In this document: positions 40,850 through 53,598 of the stretch, in pieces
Layout of the letters: every line of letters begins with the position of its first letter
How positions within the stretch are numbered: the first letter of the stretch is position 1
Position numbers and translations under genes: made by a program
The notes under the pieces: generated by a model
Seen by the model: only the letters and a program-made list of their open reading frames with translations
What the model was told of the DNA's origin: nothing
Databases searched by the model: none
Assembly: GCA_030141605.1 (NCBI GenBank)
Contig: JAQGDQ010000251.1
Location: 210,486-274,485, forward strand
From: Tubiluchus corallicola
Taxonomy: Eukaryota > Animalia > Priapulida
Length of the DNA stretch: 64,000 nt
Reading direction: 5' to 3'

Positions 40850-41045
40850 TTGTGTAACCAGCTAGAACCAATATCAGATCACATTTCTTTAGGCATCGCG
40901 TAGTTCAACATTGGAATCATCTTTCATCATCATCCATCAGTGCTTCATTAGTTGACAGTTTCAAAAGGCATTTGAGAGTGGACATTTTACAGACAGTTAC
41001 CATCTAGTCTTTATTTCTTTGGATAAGGTATTCCACAGTGCTGCT
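40850..41045 (+). mobile_element. CR1 LINE 3' end fragment
   Basis: FFRHRVVQHWNHLSSSSISASLVDSFKRHL matches CR1 'FFxxRVVxxWNxL...SFKxxL'. Confidence 0.7.
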
Positions 41046-41242
41046 CTTCACAAGTAGTTCCCTATCATTACGCTTACCGCCAAAATAGCTCAACCAAAAA
41101 AAGAGAAGAAATACGATAGTATTGCGCACAAACGAAAATGACCTTGGTTCCTTACGTTCCTTGTGAGTTAAAATAACTCAATCGATTCGTGATAACTTAT
41201 TTACTTGTAGTATTTAATTTTCGTAGAACAACTGCTCTATGA

Positions 41243-41447
41243 GATCGGGTCGCACCAAAAACTTTAAAAATGGTACCTGCTGTTGCTTTGCCTGGCATAT
41301 GGCATTTAGGGTAAAAGTGGGGTAATAATAGTCTCTGTTATGTAGTTGTAGACTGCTATTTACAATCGGAGCTTATGTTAATTGTTTATCCAAAAAGCCG
41401 ACTTTAAATGAAGATCATCATCATCATCATCATCATCATCATCGTCA
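41243..41447 (+). mobile_element. 5'-truncated tRNA-type SINE with (CAT)n tail
   Basis: gggtcgcaccaaaaactttaaaaatggtacctgctg...gcctggca SINE body; (CAT)n tail 41414-41447. Confidence 0.6.
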
Positions 41448-42784
41448 TTTTCTAATATCCACAAAGTGACATTGATTATTTACGTTGTTTTTTAATTGAC
41501 GTCTGATGTCATTTCTTTGATACGCGCCACACTGATCCTTCAACACGTGATATCATTCTGTTGGCATAGCTGCTTATGTTCCTTCAATGTAGCCTGTTCT
41601 ACAGGTCCATTCAAAAATTAGGTAATTTTTCACTGGTACAGCTGGAGTTCATGAAAAAAAAAATCATAAACTGAATGTTTTACAAGATGATAAGTTTATG
41701 AGCTGGAACATGAACAGTACCGTAAACGAAATGGTAAGGTAATGGTAAGTCTATGCCTATAGTAGTTTTTGGCTATGTCCAGTTTACTGACAGTGGAGCA
41801 AATAACTGAACTGCAGTACAATGAGAATTGTGACACAAGTGCACGTTTAGTTATAATATAATGTAACGTAACACAGCGTAACGAACGTAACGTAATGTAA
41901 TGCAATGTAACGCGATGAACTGCAGGATGAACATTAGTGTGAAGTGAAATGCAATGCGACTTGAACAGGAATGTACTGGTTCACTTTCATCATTATGGAG
42001 TTTTTAGAAGAGAACATTAAAATGTGTGCCGCAAAAAAGTTAGCATGCCATGGGTACTTACATGAGCGCAATAATTGTCTTTAAGATTTTGTTTAAGAAA
42101 TTTTGTTTTTAAGAAATTTTTGAAGTAATATTGTTGTCTTCACGACATCCTCAATGGATAGAAACAACGACGAGTTACGTCTCTATTTTGTAATTTTATG
42201 TTTGAATATTTTGTGATGTTTTTATCAACTGTGTCGACACAGGCGGCTGTTACATACAGGCAGGTAGCTTTATGATTTGGTCCTTTAAAAACTGCAGATT
42301 GATGATAATTTAAAGAAAGTTGTTGCATTTGCATCTTGCAGGCAATATGATAATGATTGCAATTATCATCTTACACATTTTTTGACAAACAAATGCCAGT
42401 CCTATGGACTGAGTTGTGGTAGGCAAATTACAGTAAGTGAACATCAAACTATTTGTGAATTATGGTGAAACCTGCGAGTAATTATAATATGATACAAAAA
42501 TATATTCATACTTCTGGTCATCTCACCCTCTCTCCTCTGCCTAAGTGATAGTTGCCTCACTTAAACCGTATTTTGTTACTGATATACAAGAACTGGTTCG
42601 TTATTAACGACTAATTTAATGATCATTGATAATTATGAAAATGTCTTAGACTGATAGGGTTAATCCTGTGCTAATATTCTTGTTATTGAAGATTTAAGCC
42701 TTGAGAGAGTTGCTAGTGCCAGGTTTTTTCCTTCTTCTGTACCTGGCAGACTGCCTAGGTACTTACACTACTTCTAGGCTTGTG

Positions 42785-43230
42785 ATGTGACGTTTCAATG
42801 ACGTCAGAAACGTTTACTCATCGTTTGAAGTCATAGCAGTAGTTTCTTGGTTACACTACACACCATTCAGCAGACGATGAAGGAGTCCACACGGGAAGGT
42901 TGCTTTGGCTGAAGTTCTTAAGTTAAAAGGAATGAATAGGTGAGTGTTGTGGAAATTTCTTCAAATTCTCTTACTGTGCTATACATATCCATAAACGTAT
43001 GATTTTCGCACGTGTAATTTGCCTGTTGATGTCATATTTTTACTTATTAATGATGTTAGTTATGTCTGTTCACGTCCTTCTTGCAGTAGATAAGGATGTA
43101 GCAACAGCTTCTTAGATGCCGTGCAAGGCAGGCTTTGATTAGCAAACTGCGTGTTGTTGATGGTTCGACTGTTCTACTCAAACCCCCGAAACATGAGAGA
43201 GAAAGCTCTAATCCTTTTCTAATTTGCAGT
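42785..43230 (+). promoter_or_regulatory. Type A2 cassette fused to a partial type B cassette
   Basis: TGACGTCAGAAACGTTT (42799), GTGAGT donor at 42940, then GTAGCAACAGCTTCTTAG (43098) and a B-type exon/intron remnant. Confidence 0.45.
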
Positions 43231-43659
43231 CTTACATATTTTTATTTCTTGCGGTATTACTACAGTACAGAAAAAGCTGGAAGCAGCACATTACCAAAAA
43301 TTACAGTTTCATACAGCCGTGTTGGGGAATAGCAATCCAATTTTCAGCCCGAAGAGCTAACACAACAGGACCTGGTCTTTAAGTATTTGTAAATTCCCTA
43401 AACAGTTTAAGCAGTCTATCATTAGTCCTGTGTATCATTAGTTAATGACTATAGACCTGTAGCTTTAACGCAAGTATTAAGCAAAACACTAGAACTTTCG
43501 ATCTTACATTTTCCGAAATCTGTTGTTTCACCGTTTTTGGACCCGTTTCAATTTGTATGAGATAATTTTTGTTAGTCCTACAGTTCGCTTTAGAAGGTCA
43601 ATAGCTCCATTAAAGTAATGTCTAGAATAAAATACGTGATTACCGATTTCGCACATGGG

Positions 43660-43985
43660 GTCATTTTCTGTGACATCATAAACACTTGTAGCTCGTAGCA
43701 ACAGCTTCTTAGTTGCATGAGAAACATAATTAGCCAAATTATCGAGGATGGTTCTGCTGTTATACTCAAACATCCAAAACACTAAAAGACAAAAGCCCTC
43801 AAGCTTTGTTGGTCCAAGTGTTCTTACCTATTCTTCATTTCTTGCTTAAGATCCAGGATCCCAGATCCAGGAAAGGCAGGAACCGCAGGAAAACTCAGCC
43901 ACAGGCAGCCTATAAGAGGTCCAAGAGGAGTGGCAAAGGTACGCACAGAAGTCAAGATTTACAGGTACATAAAATATTTTTATAC
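43660..43985 (+). other. Type B3 cassette; candidate micro-gene for an Arg/Lys-rich peptide
   Basis: TGACATCATAAACACT (43671), GTAGCAACAGCTTCTTAG (43695), ATG|gt at 43748-43752, putative 100-nt intron to 43850, exon IQDPRSRKGRNRRKTQPQAAYKRSKRSGK, donors at 43939 and 43965. Confidence 0.35.
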
Positions 43986-44589
43986 TGTTTATTAATGAAT
44001 ACTGAAAAATGGTTTTGCCTTGGTCTGGCGTTGCGTTGATCCTTCCAACCTTTAAAAACAGTAGTAATCCATGCACTAAGAGGAATGTGAATTTCTGTGT
44101 AAAAGAATCATTAAGTCCATATTTTGTGTCAAGGATTATTAGACGCTTGTACAACAACTCCAACATGTAGGCTACAGAGCTGCTTGGATGGAAGAAATCA
44201 AGCTATTATCTGTAATATCAGGCTCTAGTTTTGACATTTTGTTATGGTTTTTACAGAGCGCACAAAGCGATACTGATAATTTATGTTTTCTTTCGGCATG
44301 CTATGTCAATTTTCGTCACGTGATAAGCCCCACTGGTCCTATCTGTCATAGCTGTCTTTTTTATATAGTTAATTATTCCGGTCCTTCCACATACTTGGCT
44401 ATATTTCTTCATCGGCTGTACACCTGGTTTTGCCAGTCCTTTGACATACTGTGGTGCTGTATAACTGTAGTTACAGAAGAATTGATCCTCTTTCCCATTC
44501 TTTCCTGATCCCTCGCACGTTATCTTACATTTTTATTTCAGTTAAAATTTTACTGCGGCAAAACAAGACGTGCGTGTATAGAAAATATT

Positions 44590-44900
44590 TCCGCTAGGGG
44601 ACAAAATCTGAAAAATGGGGGTCGGGAAGAGAAATGCACCAAGTGTCGAGTAGTAGTACCATGTAGTATTTCAAATGAAAGGTCTTGATGAGACGAATCG
44701 AATGCTATATGTTACTATGAAAATGGCAAACCTGTGAACCCTCTGGGGGACAAAATATGGGTTGAGGAGACAAAGGCCTCCAGTATCAGCCGATCTAGCT
44801 AGTAGTACATTAAACCAAAGGTCTGCTTGAGATAAATTGAATGGTATAAGTTATGCCGAGATAGTTTGACCTCTGACCTTAGGTCACGGGTTGAAAAGTT
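44590..44900. repeat. Second copy of the ~155-bp-unit element at 27.3-28.3 kb
   Basis: aaaaatgggggtcgggaa.agaaatgcacc...tcaaatgaaaggtcttgatgagacgaatcgaatg. Confidence 0.7.
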
Positions 44901-45817
44901 ACAAGTTGCGATTTCATTTTGAACTGCTGTTCCAATGAATTCAAGTAAAGCGAATTCTATAAAACAAAGTTAGACTTTCAAAGAAAAGCCTGGCATCTTT
45001 TCAGTAACCATTCTGTAACTACTGACTTCTACTGACTTGCAAAGTCTTCAGTTTCCGACCGCGGGGTCAGAAACATTGTCACCAGTTTACATTTGTTAAT
45101 AAGCCAAGATCAAAGTATAAGGTAATGTGCATCCAGCGGTCGAGTCGTTTACACTTCTGGTACGGAAGTGCTTTTCACATTTTGGCATTTTTGTCGCGCG
45201 TAGGGATGTTTAATTGGTCGATATGTACACGTATAAAAACAAGCATACTGCATTTTGATTTGAACAAAGCTATTTGAAGCTAAGCAAGAAACTGAGAAAA
45301 TTTAAGCATTGCTACAAGAAAGAGAAATTGCCACGAAAAAGGGTGCATACTGCACAAAGAGACATTACCACATAAAAATTTACAGTGTGCAAAAGTTAAA
45401 GGGCAAGAATACACAATTCTCACGCAAAGCCGAAAAAACTCGTCTTGAAAATATGTATCACGTACATAACATGCTGGCTTTGATTGCTTGCATTAGCAGT
45501 AGCGCTATATAAAACGTGTAGATTTAAATTTTAAATTCCTGCGCTGACCGGGCAGCCATTTTAAGGGGCAATCGTTGAACAAGTAATTTAAGCAAGTCTA
45601 AATAACATTGCGTATTATTACCAAGAATTTTCTTTTCTATTTAAATACGTCTTTCAAACAGGAAGTATAATGCTGAGTAATACAGCTTTGTATGGAAAGT
45701 TTTTTGAAGCGTATTTAAAATTGTCTTTTAAATTCCAAAGTACTGAGATCAAACTAATTAGTAATGGCGTAAGAAAAGGTCACTGTACACTCTTAGCATT
45801 GATTGAGAACTTTTATA

Positions 45818-46560
45818 TCCGTTTAGACGATCAGTTTTTTTCGTCAAACCAGTTCCTTAGTTTTAATTTGACAAACTATTTTGATCGTGTAAACAGCGAA
45901 GGTAACAAACTTTTTGTTTCACAAACAAAGTTTGATGGTATCAAACCGTCCTAAGTTCATCAAACAAAAACCAACAAACTCAGACTCAATAGCCGCGCTC
46001 TCATTACATAATATCGATTGTTCATTTCGTAGCGGGGGGGGGGGGGCTGAAAATTTTGTCATTGTTAATCCAGCAAGTGGTACATGTACAACGATCAACA
46101 GTTTTACATGTCCATGTTATTGGAACTTGCAGGGTAGAAACAGTGGTAATAGAAATTAATTCTGATTTTGCTGTACTGCTGTCTATCAATGAACAAAACA
46201 ATTTGCGAATCACTTTGTTATACAATATACAGGCTTTGGTTAGATAAACTGAACTTCTTGTAGTAAAAAGTCAAACGTTTAGATCTTTGAAATTAGGCTG
46301 TAACTGTAATTTCTCAATTCTTCGCTGTAGTTTTTTCCATTTAATTTTTTTCTGTCCAATTTCTCCTTTTTTAATCACACAAGCTAGCCCAATATAGACA
46401 ACAAAGCACGTCTGCACATTGACGCCATAACTTGACTGACACTCCTCGCTGAATTGTTATTATAACCTTGATAATATGTCGTCTAAATACTCGTCGGTTT
46501 CGGTTTTTAGACTGGCTGTTTTTGTTTGTCAGTTTTAGTTTGATTTAAAAGCTGATCGAT
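45818..46560. mobile_element. PIF/Harbinger-like MITE, copy 2
   Basis: Left cgtttagacgatcagttttt is the inverse of the family right end aaaactgatcgtgtaaacg; body colinear with 29630-30150. Confidence 0.6.
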
Positions 46561-46782
46561 ACATTTGTTATAATTTTATTCTTAATCCGAAATCTTTTGA
46601 ATTATATCATCAATGCCGCTGAGGTAAAATCAACCGAACTTGACGCATAGGTAGGAAACCTAACATTAGCGATGGAGCGTTACTAGGTGCCATGATGTTG
46701 ACATTGAAGGTTGGCAGAAGTCGAGTCACTGAGGCATCCAACAAGAAAGTTGATGGAGGTAATATAGCTGTATCGTGTTATA

Positions 46783-48396
46783 TCACGGCAGGGCCTGATC
46801 ACTGTGTGCATACATGTCACGGCAGGGCCTGATCACTGTGTACATGCATGTCATGGCAGGGCCTGATCACTGTGTGCATGCACGTCACGGCAGGGCCTGA
46901 TTACTGTGTGCATGCATGTCATGGCAGGGCCTGATTACTGTGTGCATGCATGTCATGGCAGGGCCTGATCACTGCAGGGCCTGATCACTGTGTGCATGCA
47001 TGTCACGGCAGGGCCTGATTACTGTGTGCATGCATGTCATGGCAGGGCCTGATCACTGTGTGCATGCATGTCATGGCAGGGCCTGATTACTGTGTGCATG
47101 CACGTCATGGCAAGGCCTGATTACTGTGTGCATGCATGTCATGGCAGGGCCTGATCACTGTGTGCATGCATGTCATGGCAGGGCCTGATCACTGGCCAGC
47201 AGGCTTACCAGTGTCACGGCAGGGCCTGATCACTGTGTGCATGCATGTCAGCAGGGCCTGATCACTGTGTGCATGCATGTCACGGCAGGGCCTGATCACT
47301 GTGTGCATGCATGTCATGGCAGGGCCTGATCACTGTGTGCATGCATGTCACGGCAGGGCCTGATCACTGTGTGCATGCATGTCATGGCAGGGCCTGATCA
47401 CTGTGTGCATGCATGTCACGGCAGGGCCTGATCACTGTACTGTAGCAGGGCCTGATACTGTGTGCAGCACGCAGGGCCTGATCACTGTGTGCATGCATGT
47501 CATGGCAGGGCCTGATCACTGTGTGCATGCACGTCATGGCAAGGCCTGATCACTGTGTGCATGCATGTCACGGCAGGGCCTGATCACTGTGTGCATGCAT
47601 GTCATGGCAGGGCCTGATCACTGTGTGCATTCATGTCATGGCAGGGTCTGATCACTGTGTGCATGCATGTCACGGCAGGGCCTGATCACTGTGTGCATGC
47701 ATGTCTCGACAGGGCCTGATCACTGTGTGCATGCATGTCTCGACAGGGCCTGATCACTGTGTGCATGCATGTCATGGCAGGGCTTGATCACTGTGTGCAT
47801 GCATGTCTCGACAGGGCCTGATCACTGTGTGCATGCATGTCACGGCAGGGCCTGATCACTGTGTGCATGCATGTCACGGCAGGGCCTGATCACTGTGTGC
47901 ATGCATGTCATGGCAGGGCCTGATCACTGTGTGCATGCATGTCTCGGCAGGGCCTGATCACTGTGTGCATGCATGTCACGGCAGGGCCTGATCACTGTGT
48001 GCATGCATGTCACGGCAGGGCCTGATCACTGTGTGCATGCATGTCACGGCAGGGCATGATCACTGTGTGCATGCATGTCACGGCAGGGCCTGATTACTGT
48101 GTGCATGCATGTCACGGCAGGGCCTGATCACTGTGTGCATGCATGTCACGGCAGGGCATGATCACTGTGTGCATGCATGTCACGGCAGGGCCTGATTACT
48201 GTGCGCATGCATGTCACGGCAGGGCCTGATCACTGTGCGCATGCATGTCACGGCAGGGCCTGATCACTGTGCGCATGCATGTCACGGCAGGGCCTGATCA
48301 CTGTGTGCATGCATGTCATGCAGGGCCTGATCACTGTGTGCATGCATGTCACAGCAGGGCCTGATTACTGTGCGCATGCATGTCACGCAGGGCGTG
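46783..48396. repeat. 34-bp minisatellite, ~47 copies
   Basis: Unit TGTCA(C/T)GGCAGGGCCTGATCACTGTGTGCATGCA, head-to-tail, no spacers. Confidence 0.97.
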
Positions 48397-48679
48397 AAAC
48401 ACAGTGCACATAACCGAAAAAACTGATGGGAAAGTAGCCGTTTAATTGAAAAACAATAATTATTTTATAAAATAAGTAAAACATTTTAAAGGTAAGGTTT
48501 ATTATACACAGATAAAAATCAGAATCCCGGAATTTTTTTATTATGCAGTTGTTAAGTTAGCTGTAATTAAACATGCAAAACGTACATGAAAAGGCCGGTG
48601 CATTGTGGGCATCACAAACTTAGCTCATTTAGCGTAATTTTTATTTTATTTTGTGATATGATAATCATAATAATGATAA

Positions 48680-49390
48680 TTGTCGTCGTCCATTGAATCA
48701 TGCGTTCGATATCCAGGGACATGATTCTGTTCACCTCTTCACTCCAGGACTCACTGATCTGTGCTGAAGCGTTTTAATGTTGCTGTGCAAAATCCAAATT
48801 TGTTAACATTTGTCCTCCTGCAGATTTTCTGGCTGGTTCTATGGCTTGCTGAAGGGCTGTCTTCACTAGACTATCTTCAGTTAGTCTAAGCATATACCCA
48901 ATCCATCTTAAACAGCGCCTTTTTATTTTTATTTTCTGACGTTCTTCTCTTATTTATTCATATAATGTCATGATTTGAAATGTTCTTTGCCCATCTGATA
49001 TACAAAATGTTTCTGTAATTTCGCCGTTGAAATCCGTCAATTTCAGCTTTATAATTTGCTTTAAATGTTCAGAGCTCAGAGTTATGCAGTAGTGCAGTTT
49101 CAACTAAGGTTTTGTTTTCAAAGATGCTTCCCTGTTCTCAAAAACTTTTTGTGAGTTTTGAATATACTGATAATGCCACCTATCTTCAGTCTTGATGCAT
49201 TTCTCTGTTACTAGCAGACTACCAAGACATTTGCATTTTTCCATGATTGATCACCATGACGAATTATGTGAGTTAGTTTTACTTTTGTTTAATATAAGAT
49301 CCACTTTTCAGATTTAATTCTATTGAGTTTTTTATTTCATTTAATTCATCTTTGTTTCTTGTGATCCATGCCACATAATCAACTCACTTT
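48680..49390 (-). mobile_element. Decayed RTE-clade LINE 3' part
   Basis: Minus strand KIKRRCLRWIGYMLRLTEDSLVKTALQQA resembles RTE 'IKxRRLRWxGHxLR'; short-repeat tail near 48660. Confidence 0.7.
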
Positions 49391-49734
49391 TTAGGGATAT
49401 AAGTTGACAGGTTTGGTAGAAAGCTGTAACAGTGTTCTCGTCTTATTTCAGTTAGTATTAATTCAGGATAAAGTATCGTGTAAATGTGATATTCTAAATC
49501 TTTCAATGCTATAATTGTGTCCTTAGAGAGTTATGCATGATCAGTAAGAGCTAATCGCGATAATATCAAAATAATTATGGTCACTGTATGACAAGTATAA
49601 AATAAGTCCTAAATACGATTATTCTAATAATATTTGTACAAATTTTCAATTACAACATCTGTTTGCTTTACTTTAGCTTGGCTTGTACAGATAAGGTGCT
49701 TAGCTGTGAGACATCTAAAATAAGCTGGCTGATG

Positions 49735-50035
49735 TTATCTGACGTTTTCAATGATGTCATAAACGTTTATTCCCTACAGGCTTGGACGTCCCTACACACA
49801 TCCCTACAGGCTTCCCTACACACATTCTTAAAACAGTTGAAGAACTCCAACAGGAAGGTTGTGTTGTTGAAGTTCTGAAGTATTTGAAAGAGACCACTGG
49901 GTAAGTGTCCTGGAAATTTCTTCAAATTCTCTTACTGTTCCGTACACGTCCTGAAATATATTATTCTTATAATCTATTAATGCCTGCTAGTGACGCTAGC
50001 TATGCTTATTCACGTCCTTTTTGAAGCAGACAGAG
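49735..50035 (+). promoter_or_regulatory. Type A3 cassette
   Basis: TGACGTTTTCAATGATGTCATAAACGTTT, GTAAGT donor at 49901, then tggaaatttcttcaaattctcttactgt identical to 42950-42977. Confidence 0.45.
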
Positions 50036-50354
50036 CAGTTAAGAAGAACATAAATTTCTGGTAAAGAATTCTATATAGTTAATTGTGTAAGAAACGCAAA
50101 AGAATTTTATTGCGAATCGTGTTGCATTTAAGCATGTCCAGGAAAAACATGAGAGCAAATTGATGAGATGTAAGAAATGTCCCGAAGAGGTTCTAATAAC
50201 ATCGTTTAGGTACCGACAAAAGTTACTTAGTGTAGTAACCCCCCCCCCCCCAATAAATCCTCTATGATCAAGGAATTTTAAGTCCCTTTCCGTGAAGATC
50301 GTAATGGCTTGGGAGGGGGGATAGTTTTTTACACCTTGATATATCTTTCGCAAC

Positions 50355-52460
50355 AAGAACGGATTTAGTTTTTAACACTAACTTTGAATTCATGTGTTTT
50401 GGAATTAATCTTACAAACTTAATTTTATATATGTGTGTCTGTTACCGGTCTCCTACTCAAGATGCTCCTATCGAGAATGAGTTTATAAATCAGTTACAAT
50501 TGTCTCACGACATGCTAATTAGCAATGTTTGCTATGCAATCATATATATAGGCGATTTTAACGCCAAGTGTGCAGTATGGTACCCTCCTGATGGTGAAAA
50601 TCGTTTTGGTTCCAAATTATAAACATTTACTGTTCAGGATCAACTTTCACAGTTAGAAACACATCCTACCCGTATTTCAGATGTGTCTAGCTCTTTGACT
50701 GACCTCATTATACTGATGCTACCGGTTTAATAACAGAGAGTGGTGTCATGTCACCTATATATACACTTGATCATAACTCTATTTATGGTAAAAAGCTTAT
50801 AAATCTTCCAACTGCAGCTTCCTACCAAAGAACATTTTTTTTATTATAATAGAGCAAACTGGTGTGGTTTAAATCAAGCTATTCATGCTACTGATTGGAA
50901 TTTACTTTTTGCAATTGAAACTGTTGATTCTGTTTATGCTAATTTTATTACTAATTTGTCAAATTTGATTGATGACTGTGTACCACATAGAACCGTAACC
51001 ATTCGGCCTTGGGACAAGTTGTAGATGAACAGCTATGTCAGAAAATTAAGAAAAGCTAAAGAAAAATCTCATAAATACTGCAAACTGCATCAAACTGCCG
51101 AATCTTGGGAGAAATACAAGCGATGTAGGAATTCTTATAATTCTTTAAAAAAAGCCAAATCTGATTATATGAAGAAACTAAATACTAAATTACTCGATTC
51201 ACAAACCTGCCCCAAGGCCTGGTGGAACAGTGTCAATTCATTTTACAAAAGCAAACATGATTTTGTTATTCCACCACTTAAAGTTAACAACTGTATTATA
51301 GCTAATACCAAGCTCAAATGTAATATATTTAACAAATTTTTTGCTGATAACTGTAGTGTAAATTGCGGTAATGCCGTACGTCCTTTCTCTTTGATCACTG
51401 ATAGTGTTTTGTCAACTGTTGACCTGTCTGAGCATATAGTTAGTAATTTCTTGAAACAATGTTCTCAGTCGCTTTCTGTGCCTTTAACGTTATTATTTAA
51501 AATGTCTGTTAACAACGGAATGTTCCCGTCAGTACGGAAAATAACTAATGTTGCTCTTGTATTTAAAAAAAGGTGCTGGGGAACTGATTACTAATTATAG
51601 GACAATTTCTCTACTTTCTTGTGTTTCTAAAATCTTGGAGTAGATTGTGTATAAAGAACTTTATAATTAACTTGTTATTGACAATAATCTGTTGAATGAG
51701 TGTAATTCTGGGTTCAAGCCAGGAGATAGTACAATCAATCAATTGGTATCCATTGTTCACAAAATATACTCTGATCTAGACGCCGGATATGAGGTACGGG
51801 CAGTTTTTCTCGATGTAAGTAAAGCTTTTGACAAGATGTAGCACAAAGGTCTCATATTCAAATTATCTCAGCTTTTGGAATCAGTGGTCCCTCACTACAT
51901 TGGTTAGCTTCTTATTTGTCTGGTAGTAGTTAACAAGTAGTTATGGAAGGTGCCCATCAGTCCCTGGCTGCTGGGGTGCCTCACGGCTCTGGGCTTTTTT
52001 TTGTTTCTTGTCTATGCAAATGACATTACTCATAATATACAGTGTGAGATTTTGCCGACGATACTTCCATAATGGATACAGTCACAGACCCGGTAGATTC
52101 TGCACTGCGACTAAATTTCGACCTAGAGACTTTGCAGTACTTGGCTGATAGATGGTGTGCTACCTTTAATCCACAGAAAGCTGAAGTAATGCTCTTCTCT
52201 CGTAAAATTCAGCAACGTCATCATATGCCACTTTATCTCAATAATATAGCTTTAAAACATGTTAAATCTCATAAGCACCTAGGGATACATTTTACATGTG
52301 ATCTAAAATGGGAACAACATGTAAATGAGATCATCGCATCAGTTCAGCCAAAACTAAGAAACTTGCGAGGTCAAGCGGCTCTAGCCACTATACTGCCGCG
52401 TTCAACTTGTGAATTCTTGTTCAAAACAATTACCCACTTTTGAATACAGTAGTATTGTAA
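50355..52460 (+). mobile_element. CR1-like LINE ORF2 (APE endonuclease + RT), pseudogenised
   Basis: YRSP, IGDFNA, HPTR and DH endonuclease motifs; NYRTISLL, FLDVSKAFD, GVPHGS, FADDT, HKHLG RT motifs; many stops and frameshifts. Confidence 0.92.
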
Positions 52461-52479
52461 TAAATAATAGATAATTTTA

Positions 52480-53465
52480 TGTCGTAAACATGGTTCAACG
52501 CAGTAATAATATAAGAACTAATGGAAGTTAGCCAAATGCGAGGGCAACGTATGACCACGTGGGGTTCTTTACAAGTTGCCCTTATTTAAAGATTAATGAA
52601 TTTGCAGTGGTTGCAATGTGAAGAGAAGGCAGTATTAACTCTTTTAAAATAAAGTCTAATTTAACTCTAGTAAAAGATACAAATTTGTATAAGTCTTACG
52701 AACTAAAGATTTCCTATAAATAAATTTTACTTCATAATTATTTTATGTTATGTTATTTATGAATAAGAATCTTACATAGTTAATCAGATTTTGAATTCCC
52801 TACAATGAAATATATCATTTTAAAGCAATGCATTATATATTTCAAATGTGTGACTTAATATTTTAGCACTGCATTAATTATTGCAATGAATATTTTGAAC
52901 GAACGATTTCACACTGTCTACTAATACGACATGATTCACAACTCCTGTTGTTTCTTTCACAGTTTTTTAAGTTGAGTGAATTTGTGAAAGTGTTTCCAGA
53001 ATATGAGGGCTAAGTACAGAAGCAACTAAGTTGAAACACGCGTGCAGAAAAGGCACTCAATGTTTTTTAACTTGAGTGAATTTGTGAAAGTGTTTCCAGA
53101 ATATGAGAGCTAAGTACAGAAGCAACTAAGTTGAAACACGCGCGGAAAAAAACCGCTTAATGTTTTTTAGACAAAGATCAAGAATGTATAGTAACTGTAA
53201 TTGTAAAATAAAATATGATATAAAGATGTAAGTGAAGGGAAATAGATAGAAAACTGGCAAAAGAATGGCACAAAATGAATAAGATGTACACTTTAAACTA
53301 TTTTTACAAGACCACATATTTCGCAATTAAGTAAAAACCACATTTTTTGATGCTGTTTAAAGGGACTGATTAACTGTTATATGACTAGGGAGGTTGTTCC
53401 ACAACTTGACCCCATTATGTTGAAAACTGTTGAATCCATGCTGGGTATTAAAGCGAGGCTGAAGG
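52480..53465 (-). mobile_element. L2/Crack-like LINE 3' end nested in the CR1-like element
   Basis: Minus strand FLQPRFNTQHGFNSFQHNGVKLWNNLPSHI (~53465-53370) followed by AT-rich sequence; the left boundary is approximate. Confidence 0.55.
52962..53168. repeat. 100-bp tandem duplication (2 copies)
   Basis: tttgtgaaagtgtttccagaatatgag at 52981 and 53081. Confidence 0.9.
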
Positions 53466-53598
53466 AAATAAAAATGTGTAATAAAAATGAATGTTGTATA
53501 TTTTTAAAAATTGTTTTTATATAGACTAGGCATATATAGACTAGTTTATATATTTAACATATCATTGTTAAATTTGAACATGAACATGAACATGAACA

